This document shows positions 12,890 to 23,629 of a stretch of 63,536 nt of DNA, in pieces. Below the pieces are notes generated by a model, which was given only the letters and a program-made list of their open reading frames with translations, did not search any database and was not told the DNA's origin. The stretch comes from Scyliorhinus canicula (lineage: Eukaryota), in the NCBI RefSeq assembly GCF_902713615.1, contig NC_052171.1, positions 19,751,952 to 19,815,487 on the forward strand, given 5' to 3'. Both the position numbers and the translations under genes were made by a program. How positions within the stretch are numbered: the stretch's first letter is position 1; each line of letters starts with the position of its first letter.

Positions 12890-13135
12890 GAACATAGAAC
12901 AGTACAGCACAGAACAGGCCCTTCGGCCCTCGATGTTGTGCCGAGCAATGATCACCCCACTTAAACCCACAAACCCCTAACCCAACAATCCCCCCCATTA
13001 ACCTTTACACTACGGGCAATTTAGCATGGCCAATCCACCTAACCCGCACATCTTTGGACTGTGGGAGGAAACCGGAGCACCCGGAGGAAACCCACGCACA
13101 CACGGGGAGGACGTGCAGACTCCATACAGACAGAA
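12890..13135 (-). mobile_element. 5'-truncated V-SINE
   Basis: Core and tail only. Confidence 0.8.
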
Positions 13136-13724
13136 GCACCAATCCTGGGTATGTCTTGTCCCACGGACAGGGCGCACACAGCGTACAGTCAGCAGAGAGC
13201 TGCTCTGGGGGGGGTCATCAACATTGGCAGTGAGCTCCATGGAATCATGAGCAACATGGACCAGGAAATCTCTGCTGATTAGCCCCTGTTGAGCATCACT
13301 TGGAGGAAGCACTGAGGGTGGCCAAGGGGCAGATAACACTCTGGGGTGGGGTGTACCACCACATACCGAGCTGGCTGGGTCCTAAAGGACAATAGCTGCT
13401 AGACTGGGACTGCAGCAGGAGGTGAGGGGACCAACAGAAGGGAAAAACATACTTGACCTCACCCTCACCAACCTTCCTGCTGCAGATATATCTGTCCATG
13501 GCAGTATCGGTAGAAGTGATGGAGGCAAAGTCCTCACTTTGGGAATGTTGTGTGGCACTATCACCGTGCTAAATTGGATAGACTTTGAACAGATCTAGCA
13601 TCTCTGGACATCCATGAGGCGCTGTGGGCCATCAGCAGCAGCAGAATTCTACCCAATCACAATCTGTAACCTCATGACCCATATATCCCCCACTCTGCCA
13701 TTATCACCAAGCCAGGGGATCAGC

Positions 13725-13956
13725 CCAGTAACCCCCACTTAACATTTTTAGGACACTACGGGCAATTTAGCATGGCCAATCCACCTAACCCGCACATCTT
13801 TGGACTGTGGGAGGAAACCGGAGCACCCGGAGGAAACCCACGCACACACGGGGAGGACATGCAGACTCCGCACAGACAGTGACCCAGCCGGGAATTGAAC
13901 CTGGGACCCTGGAGCTGTGAAGAAACTGTGCCAACCACTATGCTACCGTGCTGCCC
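13725..13956 (-). mobile_element. V-SINE (tail truncated)
   Basis: Head and core. Confidence 0.85.
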
Positions 13957-14367
13957 TGTTGCACATCTGTGCAAAAGCCAAGGCTGAGACATTCGCAATA
14001 ATCTTCAGCCAGAAGTGCCGAGTGGATGATCCATCTAGGTCTCCTCCGGAGGTCCTCAGCATCACAGATGCCTGAGCTCAGCCAATTTGATTCACTCCAA
14101 ATGGCTGAAGGCGCTGGATACCGCAAAGGCTCTGGGCCCTGATAATTTTCCAGCAATAGTACTGAAGACTGAAGGGGTCACAAACTGTGCTGGCAAGCGG
14201 CACTTACTCAGCAATAACCTGCTCATAGGTGCTCAGTTTGGGTTCCTCATGATAGCCTTGGTTCAAACATGGGCAAAAGAGCTGAATGCCAGGGGTGAGG
14301 GGAGAGTGACTGCCCTTGACATCAAGGCAGCATGTGACCAAGTATGGCATCAAGGAGCCCGAGCTAA

Positions 14368-14705
14368 GGGCCTCACGGTAGCATGGTGGTTAGCATCAAT
14401 GCTTCACAGCTCCAGGGTCCCAGGTTCGATTCCCGGCTGGGTCACTGTCTGTGCGGAGTCTGCACATCCTCCCCGTGTGTGCGTGGGTTTCCTCCGGGTG
14501 CTCCGGTTTCCTCCCACAGTCCAAAAGATGTGCGGGTTAGGTGGATTGGCCATGCTAAATTACCCGTAGTGTAAGGTTAATGGGGGGATTGTTGGGATAC
14601 GGGTTACGTGGGTTTAAGTGGGGTGATCATTGCTCGGCACAACATCGAGGGCCGAAGGGCCTGTTCTGTGCTGTACTGTTCTATCTTCTATCTATTCTAT
14701 CTATC
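14368..14705 (+). mobile_element. V-SINE inserted in LINE RT
   Basis: Full head/core/tail; LINE sequence resumes after it. Confidence 0.88.
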
Positions 14706-16074
14706 TAAACTGGAGGCAATAGGAATCAGGGGGAAAACTCTCCGCTGGTTGGAGTAATTCCTGGCAGAAAGGGAGATGGCTGTGGTGGGTGATGGTCAAT
14801 CACCTGTCCTGGGACATCGCCGCAGCCCAACTGTCTTCAGCTGCTTCATTAATTACCTTCCTTCCAACATAAGGTCAGAAGAGGGAATCTTCACCATGTG
14901 TGACTCTTAAGGAACTGAAGCAGTCCATGTCCAAATGCAGCAAGACCTGGACAATATCCAGGCTTGGGCTGACAAGTGGCAAGTTACATTCGTGCCACAC
15001 ACAGGTCAGGCAATGACCATCTCCATCTCCCCCTGACATTCAATGGCATTACCATTGCTGAACCCCACAATCAACATCCTGGGGGTTACCATTGATCAGA
15101 AACTGAACTGGACCCAGCCACATTAATACTGTGGCTACCAGAGCAGGTCAGAGGCTGGGAATCCTGCGGAGAGTAACTCACCTCCTAACCCCCCAAAGCC
15201 TGTCCACCATCTCCAAGGCACAAGTCAGGAGTGTGATGGAATACTCTCCACTTGCCTGGATGAGCGCAGCTCCAACAACACTCAAGAAGCTCAACACCAT
15301 CCAGGACAAAGCAGCCCCGCTTGATTGCTCCCCTTCCACAAACATTCACTCCCTCCCCCACCGACGCACAGCGGCAGCCGTGTGTACCATCTACAAGATG
15401 CACTGCAGCAACTCACCAAGGCTCCTTCGGGAGCACCTTCCAAACCCACGGCCACTACCATCTAGAAGGACAAGGGCAGCAGATACCTGGGAACCCCACC
15501 ACCTGGAGGTTCCCCTCCAAGTCACTCCCCACCCTGACTGGGAAATATATCGGCCGTTCCTTCACTGTCGCTGGGGCAACATCCTGGAACTCCCTCCCTA
15601 ACTGCACAGTGGGTGTACCTACACCTCAGGGACTGCAGTGGGTTCAAGAAGGCGGCTCACCCACCGCCTTCTGAAAGGCAACTTGGGATGGGCAATAAAT
15701 GCTGGGCTAACCAGCGACATTCACATCTGAAGGAAGAATAATTTAAACAGATACATTCTTTCGAACCTTGAGCAAAGCATTTGAGAAACAGTCGGGCGTG
15801 TTGATTCCTGATCTGTTCAGCTTCAATCTGGAGGATCCGAGCGCATTTTTAAACAAAAAAAACCCATTTCCCTCTCTAACCGCATTACTTTCTGATTCCC
15901 AGGAAGGCTGTACTGGTCACAAATTGTGTTGTAGATATTTGGGTTAATCACAATTCAGGTTACTGTACTCCAATCTCATTTCATTGAGATACCTGGGCGG
16001 GAGATTTGGCTGGCTCATTTCAGAATGTGTTTTAGTGCTGGGCACTGGGATTGAGAGAGTGGCTGACAGCACTG

Positions 16075-16105
<31 letters not shown>

Positions 16106-16299
16106 GGTCCCCACCTGTCATGGAGAGGTGGAAGGAGACACTGCAAACTCCCTGTCTGCTCTCTGAGCACTGGGGAATGTTTCCACTGTCCCAAAGGGCT
16201 GGATTTGTCCCCCCTCCCTCCCGCCCGCACTCGGTCACAGAGAGGAGCTAGAGGGGGGCTAGCCAGGGAGTGCTGAGTGGTCCAGATGTGTTCTCCTAC

Positions 16300-16498
16300 C
16301 TCCTGCTGCTGCTACATCCAGATGTTGTGTCCTGCCACTCTGCTCTGCCCCAGGGCTCAGGCCTCTCCTCTGTCCGGCTACCTCTCTGCTGCCTGTCGAG
16401 GGGCCGGTCTCTGGCTTGTGGGGGACTCCCAGCTTCTCCCAGGGGGACAGGATGTCCTCGATACGAAAGGAGGTGAAGCGTTTGCGGGTTGTGGCCAT
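16300..16498 (-). CDS. nkx3-1: NK3 homeobox protein, exon 1 (TN/eh1 motif)
   Basis: Strong Kozak accATGg; MATTRKRFTSFRIEDILS contains the eh1/TN repression motif (TSFxIxDIL); donor GAG|gtagga, phase 1; spliced CDS 591 nt = 196 aa + stop. Confidence 0.88.
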
Positions 16499-16615
16499 GG
16501 TCTTGGTTCCCTCCCCCCCAGCCCTGGGGGGAGAGCTGGGACTCCAGGGGACAGGCTGAAAGCTGGGACAGGATTGTATTCCAGCTGTGTGGGGCAGTGC
16601 ATCCTGCAGGGTGTA

Positions 16616-16622
16616 TTTTATA
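16616..16622 (-). promoter_or_regulatory. Candidate TATA box of nkx3-1
   Basis: TATAAAA on minus, about 120 nt upstream of the ATG. Confidence 0.55.
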
Positions 16623-17216
16623 CACAGGGATGGATAACTGAGAGGGGAGGGCACATTCCCATCCCTCCCCCTGGGAGGTAACAGGTGAGCTACAGCGAGT
16701 GGCACTGTCACTCACTCCAAACACTTTGCTGCCTCGCCCCAGCCAGCAGATTGAACAGCAGCTTCACTACCTTGGACACACATTCCCAAACTCTCCCCTT
16801 ATTCCCCAGGGATCTGGACTGTTCAAACCCCTCTCCACAGTGCTGTACCCCCAGAGGGAGGAGAGAGTGTGGGAAGGGCTGGATGATTCTGAGAGATCCC
16901 AACTCCGACCAGGAAACCAGGGGAACATTCACAACAGACCTGGGATACGGAGACTGGACCAGGGAAGGAGCCCCCTCACACACACAGGGACCAGAGTACC
17001 TGTCTCCCTAAACCCCAGGGGGAGAGTCCCAAGGGGAGGCAGGGGTCCAGCACTAGGAAATACAATTCAGCCAGCTGGACACAAACTTGCTCTGCAAGAA
17101 TGGATCTGGCGCCACCATCAGCTCCCAAACCAAACATCATTCAACATGGAGAACTGTGTAGAACAGACAAGTCAATCCCCGTCTACAGCCACACACATAG
17201 TTTAACACATTCCTCT

Positions 17217-18471
17217 GTATCTGTTATTCTATATGTAAACCACCCCGAATCCCTCGATTAGATTCCAGTCTGAAACTCACTCCCGGGTATCTGTTATTCT
17301 ATATATAAACCACCCTGAACCCTCGATTAGATTCCAGTCTGTAACTCACTCCCGGGTATCTGTTATTCTATATATAAACCACCCCGAACCCCTCGATTAG
17401 ATTCCAGTCTGTAACTCACTCCCAAGTATCTGTTATTCTATATATAAACCTCCCTGAACCCCTCGATTAGATTCCAGTCTGTAACTCACTCCCAGGTATC
17501 TGTTATTCTATATATAAACCATCCCCGAACCCCTCGATTAGATTCCAGTCTGTAACTCACTCCCAGGTATCAGTTATTCTGTATATAAACCAACCTGAAC
17601 CCCTCGATTAGATTCCAGTCTGTAACTCACTCTTGGTTATCTGTTATTCTATATATAAACCACCCCGAACCCCTCGATTAGATTCCAGTCTGTAACTCAC
17701 TCCCGGGTATTCTATATATAAACCACCCCGAACCCCTCGATTAGATTCCAGTCTGTAACTCACTCCCGTGTATCTGTTATTCTATATATAAACCACCCCG
17801 AACCCCTCGATTAGATTCCAGTCTGTAACTCACTCCCGGGTATCTGTTATTCTATATATAAACCACCCCGAACCCCTCGATTAGATTCCAGTCAGTAACT
17901 CACTCCCGTGTATCTGTTATTCTATGTACAAACCACCCCGAACACCTCGATTAGATTCCAGTCTGTAACTCACTCCCAGGTATCGGTTATTCTATATATT
18001 AACCATCCCCGAACCCCTCGATTAGATTCCAGTCTGTAACTCACTGCCGGGTATCTGTTATTCTATATATAAACCACCCCGAACCACTTGATTAGATTCC
18101 AGTCTGTAACTCATTCCCGGGTATCTGCTATTCTATATATAAACCACCCCAAACCCCTCGATTAGATTCCAGTCTGTAACTCACTCCCAGGTATCGGTTA
18201 TTCTATATGTAAGCCACCCTGAACCCCTCGATTAGATTCCAGTCTGTAACTCACTCCCGGGTATCTGTTATTCTATATATAAACCACCCCGAACCCCTCG
18301 ATTAGATTCCAGTCTGTAACTCACTCCCGGGTATCTGTTATTCTATATATAAACCACCCCAAACCCCTCGATTAGATTCCAGTCTATAACTCACTCCCGG
18401 GTATCTGTTATTCTATATATAAACCACCCCGAACCCCTCGATTAGATTCCAGTCTGTAACTCACTCCCAGG
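17217..18471. repeat. 70-bp tandem satellite, about 18 copies (array 2; same unit and orientation as array 1)
   Basis: Same consensus as 4991-7470. Confidence 0.97.
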
Positions 18472-19524
18472 TTTTAATGATTCGGCAGATATCTGTTTAT
18501 TGAATTGAGAGATATCTCGCTGCTTCTTTCCGGAATGATCTATGCTCGATTGCCGTCAGTGCATTCCAGTTGCATTTCCTTCTGCTGGATTGAAACACTG
18601 GATAGTCCTGTCTGAGTGCTGCATTGGCTCCAATTGGTGCTCGTTGACACACCTTTGGCCATTGGAGACGCGTTGACGTCTCGGCATCAGCCACATGTGC
18701 TGGCAATGGTTTGGCACAAAGGTCGTAGGAAGTGATGCGACCCCTGGTGATCTGGTCTTGCGGGACAGCTCTCTTGACATGAGGGTGTGTGGGGGTGAGG
18801 TGATGAGTGTGTTGTTACCTGCAGTGACACACTGGGCAGATCTGTACAGTTTGCAGTCTCTTGCCAACTTCATTCCAATACATTCTTGTGTTATTCAAAA
18901 CCAGGTGAGGATGTGAATCAATTAAGCGCTTCCTAATTGCTGACTGTTGCTTTTTGAGGTGTCATGCCCCAATGTTCATTAAAAAGGAAACATCACCCCT
19001 GTAAAGGTAGCTGATTGTTTCCCCCCCCCCCCCCACGGCCCTCTCCACATCACACAAGCCAATGCCTGAGCTCGGGAGGCTCCTGTTCCACAGTGTCAGT
19101 CAGATTGAACGCCAGTGATTTTGTCCTCTTGTGTGATGCTGCCACCATGTGGTCACCCGCAGTACTGCTGGACAACTGGAAACCAATTTGGATTGACCCC
19201 CCCCTCAAACCTGACGTCGTGGGGAATATTGGATTGGATTTGTTCACGTGTACCGAGGGACAGTGAAAAGTATTTTTCTGCCTGCCTGCAGCTCAAACAG
19301 ATCGTTTAGTACATGAAAAGAAAATACGTAATCGGGCAAGACAAGGAAATGCAAGTTCCTTCTTGGAAAGGGAATGGAAAGTCAGTGCCTTTGATGCTCC
19401 CTACACACGCTCTCCGTCCCGGCTTCACCTCCCCCACCCCCATCCTTCTGATCCTGTCTCCCTCATGTCTTTACCCACATTCCCCCTGAATCCACCCACA
19501 CTCCTCACCTCAACCACTCGCTGT

Positions 19525-20527
19525 GGGAGCGAGGTCCACATTCTCCCCACTCTCTGGGGAAAGAGGTTGCTCCTGAATTCCCTGTTCGGGAACGAGGTCC
19601 ACATTCTCCCCACTCTCTGGGGAAAGAGGTTGCTCCTGAATTCCCTGTTCGGGAACGAGGTCCACATTCTCCCCACTCTCTGGGGAAAGAGATTTCTCCT
19701 GAATTCCCTGTTCAGGAGCGAGGGCCACATTCTCCCCACTCTCTGGGGAAAGAGGTTTCTCCTGAATTCCCTGTTCGGGAGCGAGGGCCACATTCTCCCC
19801 AGTCTCTGGGGAAAGAGGTTGCTCCTGAATTCCCTGTTCGGGAGAGAGGTCCACATTCTCCCCAGTCTCTGGGGAAAGAGGTTGCTCCTGAATTCCCTGT
19901 TCGGGAGAGAGGTCCACATTCTCCCCACTCTCTGGGGAAAGAGGTTGCTCCTGAATTCCAAGTTCGGGAGCGAGGGCCACATTCTCCCCACTCTCTGGGG
20001 AAAGAGGTTTCTCCTGAATTCCCTGTTCGGGAGAGAGGTCCACATTCTCCCCACTCTCTGGGGAAAGAGATTTCTCCTGAATTCCCTGTTCGGGAGCGAG
20101 GTCCACATTCTCCCCACTCTCTGGGGAAAGAGGTTGCTCCTGAATTCCCTGTTCGGGAGCGAGGTCCACATTCTCCCCAGTCTCTGGGGAAAGAGGTTGC
20201 TCCTGAATTCCCTGTTCGGGAGCGAGGTCCACATTCTCCCCACTCTCTGGGGAAAGAGGTTGCTCCTGAATTCCCTGTTCGGGAGCGAGGTCCACATTCT
20301 CCCCAGTCTCTGGGGAAAGAGGTTGCTCCTGAATTCCCTGTTCGGGAGCGAGGGCCACATTCTCCCCACTCTCTGGGGAAAGAGATTTCTCCTGAATTCC
20401 CTGTTCGGGAGAGAGGTCCACATTCTCCCCACTCTCTGGGGAAAGAGATTTCTCCTGAATTCCCTGTTCGGGAGCGAGGTCCACATTCTCCCCAGTCTCT
20501 GGGGAAAGAGGTTGCTCCTGAATTCCC
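19525..20527. repeat. 63-bp minisatellite, about 16 copies, derived from a CR1 LINE 3' segment
   Basis: Unit GGGAGCGAGGTCCACATTCTCCCCACTCTCTGGGGAAAGAGGTTGCTCCTGAATTCCCTGTTC; 21-aa periodicity in the ORF track. Confidence 0.95.
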
Positions 20528-20861
20528 CGTCAGGATTTATCGGTGACCCTCTCGCGTTGCCGATGCTCAGCTTTCTTTTTGCCCCCTGCAAGTGGAACCG
20601 TTTTCTCCACCTCTCACCTTGCGTGGTGCTGGCTTGTTTCACGGAGGCCTGACTCACAGCCCCCACCCCTTTGCGATTCCCCTGTAATTACCAACCCTGT
20701 CGACCCCATCGATCCGTCCTCCCCTTTTCCAGCTCCAAAGATCCTATCAGTGATGGAATGTATCCTTGGACCATTCCGATGTGCGTGCCCACACACCCTC
20801 TTTGAAGGAGGGTTTGTGGTTGACCAGACTATGTATTACATATATATGCAATTAGCCGTTA

Positions 20862-21545
20862 ATAGAATCATAGAATTTACAGTGCAGAAGGAGGCCATTC
20901 GGCCCATCGAGTCTGCACCGGCCCTTGGAAAGAGCAGCCTACCCAAGCCCACACCGCCACCCTATCCCCGTAACCCAGTAACCCCACCCAATTAGGGCCT
21001 CACGGTAGCATGGTGGTTAGCATTAATGCTTCACAGCTCCAGGGTCCCAGGTTCGGTTCCCGGCTGGGTCACTGTCTGTGTGGAGTCTGCACGTCCTCCC
21101 CGTGTGTGCGTGGGTTTCCTCCGGGTGCTCCGGTTTCCTCCCACAGTCCAAATATGTGCGGGTTAGGTGGATTGGCCATGCTAAATTGCCCGTAGTGTAA
21201 GGTTAATGGGTTATGGGTATACGGGTTACGTGGGTTTAAGTAGGGTGATCATTGCTCGGCACAACATCGAGGGCCGAAGGGCCTGTTCTGTGCTGTACTG
21301 TTCTATGTTCTATGTTCTTAAACACTAAGGGCAATTTTGGACACTGAGGGGCAATTTATCATGGCCAATCCACCTAACCTGCACATCTCTAGACTGTGGG
21401 AGGAAACCGGAGCACCCGGAGGAACCCCACGCACACAAGGGGAGGACGTGCAGGCTCCGCACAGACAGTGACCCAGCCGGGAACTGAACCTGGGACCCTG
21501 GAGCTGTGAAGCAATTGTGCCAACCACTATGTTACCGTGCTGCCC
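20862..21545 (-). mobile_element. V-SINE (minus) interrupted by a second V-SINE on plus (20995-21317)
   Basis: Tail at 20862-20990 and head/core at 21320-21545 flank a complete opposite-strand copy. Confidence 0.85.
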
Positions 21546-22004
21546 TGATGAGCAGCCTTGATACTGTTAATTGTCGATATAGCCCATGGGAAGACTTGCC
21601 TCAGCGGCATCTCGACAGGATCAGTGCTACGCTGTTGATATGTTTCCTGATTTGGTTATTCGATTAATCTTGCAGAGTTCAGTAAAAGGGTTTTTGCTTG
21701 ATTACAGAGGGGAGCGCATTAAATGGTGGATCCTTGCGTCAATTGTTTCTTCCTCATCTTGGTGGGTGGATAGAGTCGGTCGGGTTTTACCGCACAGAGA
21801 GAGAGAGAGGGAGACCCATCGGCCCATCAGGCCTGTGCCAGCCATCAAGCACCCCTCTCCTCCAATCTCATTTCCCAGGACTCGGTCCGTGTACGCGGCG
21901 ACGTTTCAAGGGCTCGTCGAAATGCATTTAACCGAACACAACCCAAGACACCCCGCCTCCCCCCCCCCCCCCCCCCCCCCCCAACGCTCTGGAATTCCTT
22001 CCCT

Positions 22005-22188
22005 CGAGCTGGTTTAGCTCAGTGGGCTAGACAGCTGATTTGTGATGCCGAGCAAAGCCAGCAGCGCGGGTTCAATTCCCGCACCAGCTTACCCGAGCGG
22101 GCGCCGGAATGTAGCGACTCGGGGCTTATCACAGTAACTTCATATTTGTGACGATAAACGGTTATTATTATTTCTTATGATTATTATT
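22005..22188 (+). mobile_element. Short tRNA-derived SINE, (ATT)n end
   Basis: GCTGGTTTAGCTCAGTGG...GGTTCAATTCCCG plus the shared tail. Confidence 0.75.
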
Positions 22189-22189
22189 A

Positions 22190-23250
22190 AACCTCTCCGG
22201 CTGTCTCCCCGATCGACATCTCGATCAAGCTTCTGGTCATCTTCTGAATGGGTCTAGAGGAGGCGGAGTGTGTGTGTGTGGCGTGGGCGGGCCAGGCTAC
22301 AGGAGCCAAAGACTGCACGTCTGCACCCATATTTCCCATGGTCGTGTCTGTCTCCACCTCTGCTGACCCGGCCAAACGTCGTCTGGTGATTGCTCCTGGC
22401 CGAGGATCTTGGGGCGATGGAGTAGGCCCAGGGAGCTTTGTGTTGGCCTGTGACCCAGGCCCACTCCAGTGTGGGCTGCTTTAGCACAGTGGGCTAAGAC
22501 AGCTGGCTCAGACCTCAGACATAGAACATACAGTACAGAAGGAGGCCATTCGGCCCATCGAGTCTGCACCGACCCACTTAAGCCCTCACTTCCACTCTAA
22601 CCCCGTAACCCAATAACCCCTCCTGACCTTTTTTGGTCACCAAAGGCAATTTATCACGGCCAATCCACCTAACCTGCACATCTTTGGACTGTGGGAGGAA
22701 ACCGGAGCACCCGGAGGAAACCCACGCAGACACGGGGAGAACGTGCAGACTCCGCACAGACAGTGACCCAGCGGGGAATCGAACCTGGGACCCTGGCGCT
22801 GTGAAGCCACAGTGCTATCCACTTGTGCTACCGTGCTGCCCAAAATGCTTATAATGCAGAACAAGGCAGCAGCGCGGGTTCGATTCCCGTACCAGCCTCC
22901 CCGAACAGGCGCCGGAATGTGGCAACTAGGGGCTTTTCAAAGTATCTTCATTGAAGCCTACAAGCGATTATTATTATCATTCCGTTCCATCTGACGGCGG
23001 GAAGGACACAGGCAGCTGACGCAGGGGCTAGGAACCCGTAGCAGGAGACACCCTCCCTGGTTGAAACCCCAATTGCGGAAGTGGTCCTTTCTGACGTCTT
23101 TGGCCGTTGTGTTGAGCTTCAAAGGGAACGAGCTGGTAGCAAATCTTTGTTCCCTTTGTACACCCGCACATATCTGATTGCGGTGAAAGACTACAAAGCA
23201 GGCCTGGGGGTGAACTGAAGGCTTCCTTTTGTCTTTGACAAACTGTTCCA
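22190..23250 (-). pseudogene. Possible highly decayed NK2-class (NKX2-6/2.7-like) exon-2 relic, split by SINEs
   Basis: Minus-strand translation across frameshifts gives QRQ/RKPSVHPQA...RYV/GVQREQ...A...LKLNTT...PLRQLPVSFPPSDG...SLIEMSIGE, loosely collinear with NK2 homeodomain, NK2-SD and C-terminal motifs; expected syntenic position and strand; recognition helix absent. Alignment by eye only. Confidence 0.3.
22473..22980 (+). mobile_element. Short tRNA SINE with a nested minus-strand V-SINE (22520-22841)
   Basis: Head at 22473-22510 and remainder at 22850-22980 surround a full V-SINE. Confidence 0.8.
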
Positions 23251-23629
23251 GCTTTGAGTATCATTAAAAAAAAAAGTTTTAATCCTAACTGTGAAATGCT
23301 GCGGGTTCTGTTTCAGAGAACATCAAGGGGTATAACTCAGACATTCTGCCACCCAGTCAAAGCGTTGTGTTGGCCATTGCATCCTTGCTTTTCAAATCCC
23401 TGTGTGGCCATCCTTATCTTGGCAGCCTCCTGCCCCCCCCCCCCCCCCTGTAAACTCTGCTCTGCGATCCTCCGCCTTGTTCCCCCTGCTCAGTGCCACT
23501 TACACCCCCTCCGTCTGCCTGCAGCTGCCCAAGAGCCACACTCCTGAATTCTCTCCCGAAACTCCCTCTGCCTCCGGCCGACGTTGGATCGCGCTCCAGT
23601 GCCTCAGTTTTTAAAAATGTTCATGTCCA

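Larger units (their letters stand above)
12510..15730 (+). mobile_element. Old fragmented CR1/L2-group LINE filling the nkx3-1 intron (endonuclease start, RT, 3' end), interrupted by SINEs
   Basis: NIWGLVRKLG (endonuclease N-terminus), KALDTAKALGPDNFPAIVLK, AQFGF, ALDIKAACDQVWHQG, SKAQVRSVMEYSPLAW; frameshifts; a second 3'-end copy lies at 58880-59240. Confidence 0.8.

Noticed and set aside
19363-20666. 429, 413 and 324 aa repetitive ORFs as real genes
   Set aside because: Explained by a 63-bp (multiple of 3) LINE-derived tandem repeat; no evidence of gene structure
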